This document shows positions 11,263 to 22,000 of a stretch of DNA of 64,000 bases, piece by piece (position 1 is the stretch's first letter; every line of letters begins with the position of its first letter). The DNA comes from Azolla caroliniana (taxonomy: Eukaryota > Plantae > Polypodiophyta). The stretch spans positions 12,276,001 through 12,340,000 of the forward strand of contig JBHGNT010000002.1 of NCBI GenBank assembly GCA_043228905.1, given 5' to 3'. The position numbers and the translations under genes are program-made. The notes beneath the pieces were generated by a model. That model was given only the letters and a program-made list of their open reading frames with translations. It had not been told where the DNA came from and searched no databases.

Positions 11263-14242
11263 TACGTGAGTTCAGTCCTCCAAGGCCTCTGTGGAGAGCT
11301 CAATTCAACTTGCTCGTGGCTAGATCAATCGGTTTCGGGTCAAATAGATTACTTTTAATCCTCGGGATTGAGACTGCATGAGGCTGCACCAGAAAGTTCA
11401 TCAGGAGATCCCAGTCAACAATGAGTTGTCAGTTTCATTTGCTAGAGCATTTGCATATGAGTACTGCAAAACAACGAAGGAATCCAGAGACCCTGAAATG
11501 TATAGGGTAGCTTGGGCAGTCTATGGTGAGGCATCGGTAAAAAGATGTTGAAAGATGGGGACCTTGGCACAAAAAATAAACAGATTTTGGAGCATGGCAG
11601 TTGTTGATGCAACTGCCGACTCCCAGCAAGACCGGGGGCATACACCACACCGACACCCAAGGAAAGCCAATGTCGATGATACAGGTGAGACATTGGTTAG
11701 CTATATGCTAAAAAATGTCCATGAAGCCTGTGAGACATTGACATTTTTTAAGACTGATTTAGAGAAAGCCACAATGGCTTCTGCAATGGAGAGCAAAGTT
11801 ACTTCCGTTGTTACAACGATTAGAAATAAGATTCAGGTAACTATTGTTTTGCTGGTATGTGATTGTGTTATAAATAACTTTAAGGGTAAAATGTGCTAAT
11901 CAAGCATTATTTGGAATAGGTTGCGCAACAAGAGCTTGAATTAGAGGGGCCACTGGATCCCCAACGTAAAATACAACTGCAAATAGAGATCCAGGTTCTT
12001 TCAATGAACCTGGACCTTCTAGGTGTAAATACTGTTGCAGATTACAATTTGGATAAGCTTCAAGTAAGTTAACGATTCCTGACCAAAGTTGGTGTATCTT
12101 TCAACAACAGGAATAATTAATCGGTAAATTTCTCTGTTGCGTTGAAGGAACAATACATTCATCAAGAACAGGTAGTTAGCTGCCTTAAGAAGCAGCTACA
12201 TTTTGTGGAGGGAATGGTAAGGACCAGACAGGATTTGGACCTGAACATTCTTGCTCCCTTACCAAATGAAGGAGAACCAGAAAATGATTTATTGACAGTT
12301 CAAACACGTTGCATCGCTTGCGGGTTAGGTGTGGAGGACAAAATTGCGTCTTTGTTGGTTCACCTACAACCATGCAACCACACATACCATCTGCTTTGTT
12401 TTCAACATGCCTGTCAAATTGTTGCATTCTGTTTGGGAGATTGCAGTACAGCTCTACCAAATGAGTGGAGAAAACTAACAGGTATACCATACTATAGCTA
12501 ATAAGCTTAGTCTTTTCTAATTAGCTAAGCCGTAAAAAGTATGGAAACTATTTTGTTGCTATCGTTGTAGCTAATTAGCTACTACCATAGTTGATTAAAG
12601 CAGTTAATAGCTATCCTATTAGTTAATTAGCTACTGCCATAGTTTACTACATTAGTTAATTAGCTAAGTGGCAGCTAGTTAGCTACTAGCTAATTAGCTA
12701 TCCTACTGGCAACTAGTTAGCTACTACCTAATTAGCTACTCATAGCTCTAATTAGCTAGCACCATAGTTGTGTAAAGTAGCTAATTAGCTATCCTACTAG
12801 CTAATTAGCTACTGGCAACTAATTAGCTATCCTAGTAGCTAATTAGCTATCCTACTAGCTAATTAGCTATCCTACTAGCTAATTAGCTATTGCCATAGTT
12901 GTGTAAAGTAGCTAATAAGCTATCCTAGTAGCTAATTAGCTACTGGCAACTAATTAGCTATCCTAGTAGCTAATTAGCTATGGTACTAGCTAATTAGCTA
13001 GTACCATACTTGTGTAAAAAAGCTAATTAGCTATCCTACTAGCTAATTAGCTATGGTACTAGCTAATTAGCTAGTACCATACTTGTGTAAAAAAGCTAAT
13101 TAGCTATCCTACTAGCTAATTAGCTAGTACCATACTTGTGTAAAAAAGCTAATTAGCTATCCTACTAGCTAATTAGCTACTGGCAACTAATTCGCTATCC
13201 TACTAGCTAATTAGCTATCCTATTAGCTAATTAGCTACTGGCAGCTAATTAGCTATCCTAGTAGCTAATAAGCTATCCTAGCTACTACATAGTTGAGAAA
13301 GTAGCTAATTAGCTATCCTAGCTACTACCATAGTTGAGTAAAGTAGCTAATTAGCTATCCTAGCTACTACCATAGTTGAGTAAAGTAGCTAATTAGCTAT
13401 CCTAGCTACTACCATAGTTAGTAAAGTAGCTAATTAGCTATCCTAGCTACTACCATAGTTGAGTAAAGTAGCTAATTAGCTATCCTAGCTACTACCATAG
13501 TTAGTAAAGTAACTAATTAGCTATCCTAGCTACTACCATAGTTAGTAAAGTAGCTAATTAGTTATCCTAGCTACTACCATAGTTGAGTAAAGTAGCTAAT
13601 TAGCTATCGTGCTAGCTAATTAGCTATCCTAATTAGCTATCGTACTAGCTAATTAGCTATCGTACTAGCAAATTAGCTATCCTAAATAACTGCCATGTTA
13701 TTGTAGAATCTTGTGGATTAAGGACGGCACATGATGTGTCTGGTGCTGATGACGCTGCAACAGATGAGGATACTGCTGCCAACGTGGCTGAAAGTAAGAG
13801 TCCTGCTATCACATCTCCTTCAAATCAGCACCACCCTATTCTTTTGGAACAATGTACTGAATTAGGCAACGATGTGAAATGCCATGAAATAGTGGAAACA
13901 ACATGTAAAACTGAGGTTCACAACAACAGTGTTTATGAACACTTGATGCAACATTTCTTCGAACCTCAAGACCTTGATTCCACCCCACCGAGCCCAACTA
14001 CTAAAAATGTCCAAACAGATCCCTCTGTACTTGAAAAGCTAGTTCAAGAAACGGCTGATGTGCAATTAGTTGTTGAGGCGATGGGAAGGTTGTCGGAGGA
14101 GGACACACTTGCGCATTGGGTGAAAGAAGCAAGGCTAAATGGGCAACCGGCCAGAAAAAGGCTGAAGAAGGGGCCACGATCGGGAACAAGACCAGTTACT
14201 TGGTCAAGGGGCCAAGACGTAGTGGAGCAAAATACTGTTTAG
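11263..14242 (+). pseudogene. Spliced gene for a coiled-coil/RING-H2 finger protein (putative E3 ligase) with lesions; probable transposon cargo
   Basis: RING-H2-like CIAC..CNHTYHLLC..CLGDC in ORF 12142-12501. GT-AG introns 11837-11919 (phase 0) and 12482-13706 (phase 1) both keep the frame (KLT-E-SCGLRTAHDVSGADD). The middle junction near 12064-12110 is uncertain and premature stops are present. Confidence 0.6.
12500..13690. repeat. Satellite array built on the palindrome TAGCTAATTAGCTA (20-bp and ~41-bp units) filling an intron
   Basis: Dozens of agctaattagctatcctact-type monomers and ctactaccatagttgagtaaagtagctaattagctatcctag-type units. Confidence 0.95.
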
Positions 14243-14466
14243 TTGGATATGATTGTTAGCTTAGGGATTTTGCTAGGGTTTTATGAAGTTTTATTATCCT
14301 GTTGGACAAGTAAAACCTCAGATTGGTTGTTGCTTGATCCACATTATGTAATGGAACTCTATGATGTTTTCCCAAGATAATTTGAAGAGTGTTGTTCTAT
14401 GACTGAAACTCTTTGATGTTCAGGATGTTGTTTTGTGAGACTATTAGTTACTTTGTGAGTGTGAAT

Positions 14467-15467
14467 ATGTTGGTGTTTTCTGATGTTGCAGAGTCTAAAG
14501 GGTTTGATTCTATTGCTCGTAAGGCCAATGGCAGTGTGGATACTGTTGATGTTGCGGCATGTTTAAGGGCCCCATCTTGAAAGTAGATGTAGCAACTAAC
14601 ACAAGTGATTTGGTCACACAAGTTGATCAAGCATGTTGCACAGATGACTTGGTGTTGCAGGTAGATGCAACATGTGATACCAGTGGACTGATATCAAGCA
14701 GATCAGTAGCTACATGCACCGAGGTAATCCAAGGATTGATAACTAAGTCGACAAAACAAGAGCACCAGAATGTGAAGCCAAGCCCAACATAGTCGACTAG
14801 GGGTTTGAAGAGGAAAAGGACGCCAGTTGTGTCGGCCGAACCTGAGCTGATTGAGATTGATCGTGTCCTACCAGAAAATGGTGTAACAGCGGCTCAGTTT
14901 CAGGAATGGAAACCTAAACCACTAGAAGTCGAAAGAAGAGCCTTGATCTTGGAGCTTGATAAAGTCTTGATGAGTGTGAGATATATGCAGCCAAGGAGGG
15001 ACGCGAATCAGTTTCTAGAGTGGGCTGTGCAATACTTTGATTTGTTTATTTGGAGTGAAAAACCAAAATCAGATGTGTGGAAGTGTTTAGTAAGATTCTT
15101 CCCAAAATGGCGAAGTCGTTTTAAAGGTCAATGGGCACGAGAAAATTGTGAGCAAATGGAAGCTGTAAGATTCAAGAGACTTTCTGATTTTTGGGCTACT
15201 TGGCCTGAATATAATGCCGACAATACATTGATTTTGGATACAGAACATTTCCGGCACTACTTCAATATTCGGAGATGCTGTCTCATTCTACCCGAGGAAA
15301 TGCCTGAACAGTGCCTGGTGCAAACAGTGAGCTGCCAACTAGGTGCATGGTTGTGGACTCCATACCGAGATCGATATGTGGATAATATATGTAGACTCGT
15401 TCCACTGACTAGCAAGAGCTTAGCTGTTTATAGGAGATTTGTAGACATTTCCAATGGTAATTTATAA
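14467..15467 (+). pseudogene. FCP1/NIF (CTD-phosphatase-like, HAD superfamily) domain protein with a substituted catalytic motif; probable transposon cargo
   Basis: ALILELDKVL (DxDxT position), RRDANQFLEW..FDLFIWS and FKRLSDFW..YNADNTLILD match the NIF pattern. ORFs 14559 and 14805 are in frame across a TAG, and KRKR is NLS-like. The 5' start is tentative. Confidence 0.6.
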
Positions 15468-15815
15468 ATATGTAAAGAGATGACATTATTCAATGAAGAA
15501 TTTAATTACTTGTTCCCACTATACTTATCTACTGTGTAATTTGAGGAATATGTTGTAGATTGTTGATTTCATGCTATTGATGACTATTTAGCTATTGACA
15601 GCTAATTAGCTGCATTTGTACAGCTAATTAGCTACTGATGACTATTTCGCTATAACTTATAACTTAAAACTTAACAAAAAAGACATGATTTTATTGAGAA
15701 AGAAGCACAAAAAGCAGACTGTATACAAGAAATTGATTCTCAAACGAATTTATTTAACTGTTTTCGTGAAATACATGTTTGTTTTACAAGAGAACATGGT
15801 AATTGCTACTTGTAG

Positions 15816-17656
15816 CTACAAATTCCATGGCATACTATTGTAAATACATTCATACACATTAGCACCAATAGTGTATAAACCTAAGCAGCTATTGTATTCT
15901 GACATTGGGACGTTGATGCACCTGACCAAATGAGAGTACATGTATGCCGCTGGTTTGTCTTCTAACAGCCTGTACACATATTCGTAGTCATCTAGTTTTG
16001 CATAAAAAATGCCTTCAATGTAGAATGTCCCGGCAGATACAAAATTTCCCCATGCATCTACAATATTCTGCCTTGCACACTGTTTACTAACCGTGAACTT
16101 CAATATATAGAAATCAGCACCCTCTGAATTGCCTTCTTCAGCATTTACAGCGAAGTTATCCCCAACGTTCAGGACATCACTCAAAGTATCTCCAAGTCCC
16201 TCATATGTGAAGTCAGCATTCTGCCCTGTTTCTCCATCAACTGCTTCCTTATCATTCAGAGTGTGATACTCCCAATTCTGAAAGTATGCTTTGTTTAGAC
16301 AATATCTCCAATTCCCAGCACACAATGGAAGCAAAAACAAGTCAATTCTCTAACCGCAATACAATGACCATCCAACCTGGAATAACCGCGAACAGCATGC
16401 AGAGATCGCAATTCGGGAATTCCTTGGCACTCCTAGGTATTCTCCCTATTTACTTCATCTATCTTCACTTCCCAAAATTCACGTTTGATATCTCGGACTT
16501 GCGAGGAATAAACACCTGTTGCACTCGTTGACATATTTGTTCTTAAAAATTCAACTACATGTGATGCACAATTCATGTGCACACCATCTATCTTTAGTTG
16601 TTCATGGGTAAGTGCCCGCTTTATAACAGCCCCTGCACCATCATGTTCACCTTTACCATGGCCAGACCCAAAAAAATTCCATCTCATCTCCAAACCTGTT
16701 ATAGCAGGATACCTCCCCACAAAATAAAATGGACGTCGAGCCTTGAATTGTGACGTAGCTCTGTCAGACCAGACCCAATGTTGAGTAAGCTCCAAACGTT
16801 GAGCTAATAACCACTGCCAATGTAACTTAAAACTGTGTTGGACGAACAAGGTATCATGCTTCTTATCATCGGAAATAAAGAAATGAATTACCTTTTTAAC
16901 ATCACCTGAAACTCGAAAATATGTTATGTGCACAAAAATGGTTACCTGAACTGAACACCAATGCATAGATTGAATTTCATTCTACTGCTTGAAAGTATAA
17001 TTCTCTGTGAAATCTACTACTGAGACTACTACATCATTTGGGAAATCAGATATGGAAGTCTTAAACTGATGGGCTTGCCATGAATAAATGAAGTTGTGTT
17101 TAATGAACTTTCCTAGAGATACTACAAACAGAGACACCAAATCCCTTGGTTTAAGCATCTTCCGAACTAGATCCTTTCTTTTACACACCTTTCCTTCGAA
17201 ATTGGTGTTCACTGACTCAAAGAACTTCACAGAGATCAATATTTCACTACTCAATTCATTTGGACACCACCTAAATCTAGTAGGGCCACAATCTTGACAT
17301 AAACCCATGACACATTTATGAATATGGAAGATAGCGTCAGTTTCTCTCGGACACAATATTGAATCTAATAAATAACTCATGGAAGAGATAACGTGCTCAA
17401 ATGATTTACACTCCTCTTGCGGGCTTGATCGACAGATTGGGCACCCACATGTGCAAACTGTATTAGTTAGGGATGCGCTATGGTGATGTAGTAGATTAAC
17501 AGAGTCCTTCAGGAAACCCATCTGTACATGGTAAATGCAACAACATGTGTATCGATCCTTTAAGCATCTCACAAAGTGTGGCTTAAGAGACTCGAATGTT
17601 CGTAGTTGAACTTTGATAGTTGGATGCATTCGTTTGAACCTAATAAATAAATCGAC
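15816..17656 (-). pseudogene. Sola2-like DDD transposase, degenerate; upstream exons lost
   Basis: Motifs TCCCIYH, CxxGLCQDCG, VVDFTENY, EIQSMHW, ISDDKKHD, WSDRATSQFK, WNFFGSGHGKGEHDGAGAVIKR and RELTCFCFHC. Stops at 16982 and 16433 and a frameshift near 16320. CAG acceptor at 17659-17657. Confidence 0.75.
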
Positions 17657-17689
17657 CTGCGTAATAAAGGGGAATTAGTTATTCTCGTA

Positions 17690-18960
17690 ACTAGCTAACT
17701 ATCCTAGTAGCTAATCAGCTATTCTAGTAGCTAATTAGCTATTCTAGTAGCTTATTAGCTATTCTAGTAGCTTATTAGTTGTTCTAGTAACTAATTAGCT
17801 ATCATGGTAGCTAATTAGCTATTCTAGTAGTTAATTAGCTATCATGGTAGCTATTCTAGTAGCTAATTAGCTATTCTAGTAGCTTATTAGCTATTCTAGT
17901 TGCTTATTAGCTATTCTAGTAGCTTATTAGCTATTCTAGTAGCTAATTAGCTATCATGGTAGCTAATTAGCTGTCCTAGTAGCTAATAAGCTAATTAGCT
18001 GGTCTAGTAGCTAATTAGCTATCATGGTAGCTAATTAGCTGGTCTAGTAGCTAATTAGCTATCATGGTGGCTAATTAGTTGTCCTAGTAGCTAATTAGCT
18101 ATCATGGTAGCTACTTAGCTTTCCTAGTAACTAATTAGCTATCATGGTAGCTAATTAGTTGGTCTAGTAGCTAATTAGCTATCATCGTAGTTAATTAGCT
18201 ATCATGGTGGCTAATTAGCTGGTCTAGTAGCTAATTAGCTATCATGGTAGCTAATTAGCTATCATGGTGGCTAATTAGCTATCCTAGTAGCTAATTAGCT
18301 ATCATGGTAACTAATTAGCTTTCCTAGTAACTAATTAGCTAGTTAGCTTTCCTAGTAGCTAATTAGCTATTCTAGTAGCTTATTAGCTATTCTAGTAGCT
18401 AATTAGCTATTCTAGTAGCTTATTAGCTATTCTAGTAGCTTATTAGCTATTCTAGTAGCTAATTAGCTATCATGGTAGCTAATTACCTGTCCTAGTAGCT
18501 AATAAGCTAATTAGCTGGTCTAGTAGCTAATTAGCTATCATGGTAGCTAATTAGCTGGTCTAGTAGCTAATTAGCTATCATGGTGGCTAATTAGTTGTCC
18601 TAGTAGCTAATTAGCTATCATGGTAGCTACTTAGCTTTCCTAGTAACTAATTAGCTATCATGGTAGCTAATTAGTTGGTCTAGTAGCTAATTAGCTATCA
18701 TGGTAGTTAATTAGCTATCATGGTGGCTAATTAGCTGGTCTAGTAGCTAATTAGCTATCATGGTAGCTAATTAGCTATCATGGTGGCTAATTAGCTATCC
18801 TAGTAGCTAATTAGCTATCATGGTAACTAATTAGCTTTCCTAGTAACTAATTAGCTAATTAGCTTTCCTAGTAGCTAATTAGCTATTCTAGTAGCTAATT
18901 AGCTATTCTAGTAGCTTATTAGCTATTCTAGTAGCTTATTAGCTATTCTAGTAGCTTATT
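17690..18960. repeat. Second TAGCTAATTAGCTA satellite array (20-bp monomers, ~516-bp higher-order duplication) in the inferred transposase intron
   Basis: Monomers agctaattagctattctagt and agctaattagctatcatggt. The variant agctaataagctaattagctggtc occurs at both 17981 and 18497. Confidence 0.95.
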
Positions 18961-19042
18961 GTGGTGGTCCGGGACACATAGCAATCACCTGCCCACATAC
19001 GCCAAAACGACAAGTAAATCAAGTAAGTACTAGTGAGAAAAT

Positions 19043-22000
19043 TGGAGTGGCAAGCTCAACCGGATCCGAATCGGCATCCAGAAGGGTGAGCCGGTGAGTT
19101 GGGGAGCCAGTGAGCTGGATCAAGCAGTAACCGGAAGCCAAGTACCAGCTAGTCTACTAGGGAGTTAATATCTCGTAGTTAGTGTCCAACGCTCATGTGA
19201 GCATTGAAGTACACCATACTTCTATCAGTCCGAATAGACTTGTATAAAAGTGTTCACTAAACACATACGATGTACAAACTGAGTAGTATTTTTTTAATTG
19301 AGTATTTGTGTGCTCTCTCTCTGTCTCTGTCTCTCCCACGTACTGTTAAGCTCTCCATTAAACCTGTTTTCTGCTTTCTGTTTTCTATTGCTTCCACACG
19401 CTATTTGTTTCCACATGATATCAGAGCGCGAGGGTTGAGAACCTCTGCAGCCGACATTCGCTTTCGAAAGAAGAAAACCTAACCTTTGTAAAAAACAAAA
19501 AAAAAACAAATGGATAGAGGAATGGCTAGCTCGCTCCCGGTGAAGAAGCTCGACAGATCCAACTACGCATCTTGGTCATACAAGATGCACCAGTACCTGC
19601 TTGGGCATGGTTACTAGAGCTATGTCGACGGAGCTAACAACACAGCACCTGATGTGGCACACAAGGATTTCTCTGTGTGGGAACAATCGGCAAGCAGAGT
19701 GATGTACTGCTTTGTGTCCAGTGTCAGAGACCAGCTGTTGAGCCACGTTTGAGATGCCAAGACACTGAAAGAGGCTTGGGGAAACTTGAAGAAGGTGTTT
19801 GCCTCAAGCACTACAACCCAAGAGCTGCAACTCCGACAGGAGTTGAGCAATGTCCGACAGAAGGACATGTCGGTGGCTGATTACACGGCCCGAATCAAAG
19901 AGATCTGTGACTCGCTTGCTTGCCTCTATCAATGTCACATTAGAGGAAGACGAGATGGTACAGGTCTATCTTCAGGGCCTGGCGTCTAAGTTTCGAACTT
20001 TCAGGACAGCTATATGTACAAGGGAGAATACGCCGTCATTTTTCGACTTACAGTCGATGCTCCTTGTAGAGGAGAACCACGCCAGTACGTCAACAAGTGC
20101 ACCCATCGACAACCGGATGTTGTACACGGAGGCGGATCGGCCCCGTGGGCGTGTTGGATGAGGCGGGTCGGCACGCAATGGAGGCGGCCGGCAAGGGCAA
20201 GACCGACAACACAAAGACCATGCCGACAACAGTTCTAGGACTTCCACAAGCAGGGGGAGTCAAGGTGACGCCGGAGGCCAGCAAGACAAATCCATCACGG
20301 AATGCTGGTACTATGGCAAAAAGGGCCACAGAGAAAGCGAGTGCTGGAAGAAGCATGCCGATTCGGACAGATCTGGACACGGCAAAACCGGTCGAGAGAG
20401 CTGGCAAAGCTCGCACTACGCGCAAGGATCGAAAGGATCCGGAACCGGGAAGACTGGTAAGGGGCCAGCCTTGGAGATGAAGCACGAGGCAAATTCGATG
20501 AACAAGATCACTTTCAAATAGGAGGAAGTGCGCCGATTCGGAAACATCTGGATCCGGCAAAACCGGTCGGGAGAACCAGCAAAGCTCGCACTACGCGCAA
20601 GGATCAAAAGGATCCGAAACCGGGAAGAATGGGAAGGGGCCAGCCTTGGTGATGAAACATGAGGCTAACTCGATGAAGAAGACCACTTCCAAATCGGACG
20701 AAGTGTGGTACGTTGATTCCGGTGCATCAAATCACATGACGAACCACAAAGAGTGGTTCTCCTTCCTAGAGAAACCAGAACAACCGGGAGTTGTCGAAAG
20801 CGGAGACGACACTCCTCACCCAATCGTGCATATCGGTGATGTCCCTTTGAGCCATGTCGGACAGAGGGGGAAGCTTATGAACGTATTACACATTCCGACT
20901 ATCACGAAGAACCTGGTGTCGGTTGGACAAATCGTCGACCAGGGAATGCAGGTGCGGTTTACGCACCTCACGTGCTTCATCGAGGAGGAGGGCCAGATTA
21001 TTGCGCAAGGGCGCAGAGACAGGAGCATGTTCATCCTCAACACCAATGATGTCAGCACCGCTTTGTTTGCCAAAGGACAGAAGATTGAATCCGACATCGA
21101 TCTTTGGCACAAGCAGATCGGCCACGTCAAATACCAGAGGCTTTAAGACCTACAAACGAAACAAGTTGTTTTCGGTTTGACGAAATTTAGTGGCCGGAAG
21201 GCCCAAGTATGTGAGGCCTGCCAACTCGGGAAGCAACATCGGCTTCCATTCCCCACTGAACGAAACCGTAGTCATAACAAGCTCGACCTTATTCATTCGG
21301 ATGTATGGGGACCGGCACAGAACGTGAGTCTTGGCGGGAGTCGATGCTTCGTCTCCTTCATCGACGACTATAGTCGACACACATGGATCTACCTCATTGA
21401 GCGGAAGAGCGAAGTCTTCGACTGTTTTTGGAACCTCCAGAGCATGGTGGAACGGGAATCGGAGAGGAAGATTAAGTGCCTGCGGTCATATGGCGGAAAA
21501 GAATATTTTTCCGGCCAATTCAACAGTTATCTGCAGCAAACAAGAATTCGGAGAGAGTTCAGCTGCAGATACACACCGGAGCAAAACGGTGTGGCCGAAA
21601 GGAAGAACCGGTCGCTTGTCAACGCGGCAAGGGCAATGCTGGAAGACAAGAGCATGCCCCATTTCTACTGGGCGGAGGTAGTCCGGACGGCCGTCTACGT
21701 CCAAAACCGGATCGGTGACAAGGTGTCCACGCGTGAGCTGTATTTCGGGCGCAAGCCGAATTTGAGACACCTTTGGATTTTTAGCAACATAGCATACGTG
21801 CATGTGTCGAATGAGAAGCGGAGGAAGCTGGATGCAAAATTGGAGAAGTGCATCCTCGTCGGCTACTCACATGAACAAAAGGGGTATAAGTGTTATAACC
21901 CCCGGATGAAGCAGGTCGGAGTTAGCCTCGATGTTGAGTTTGACGAGACGTCATCATGGTATGCCTTACCGGCTCCGACTTCCGACCGCGACCCGATATC

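Noticed and set aside
12500-18960. Regular palindromic repeats as a CRISPR array
   Set aside because: There are no unique spacers, monomers are head-to-tail, no cas genes are present, and the context is eukaryotic and intron-containing.
11200-19000. Terminal inverted repeats of the Sola2-like element
   Set aside because: None found; both sides end in retrotransposon junctions, so element boundaries cannot be claimed.
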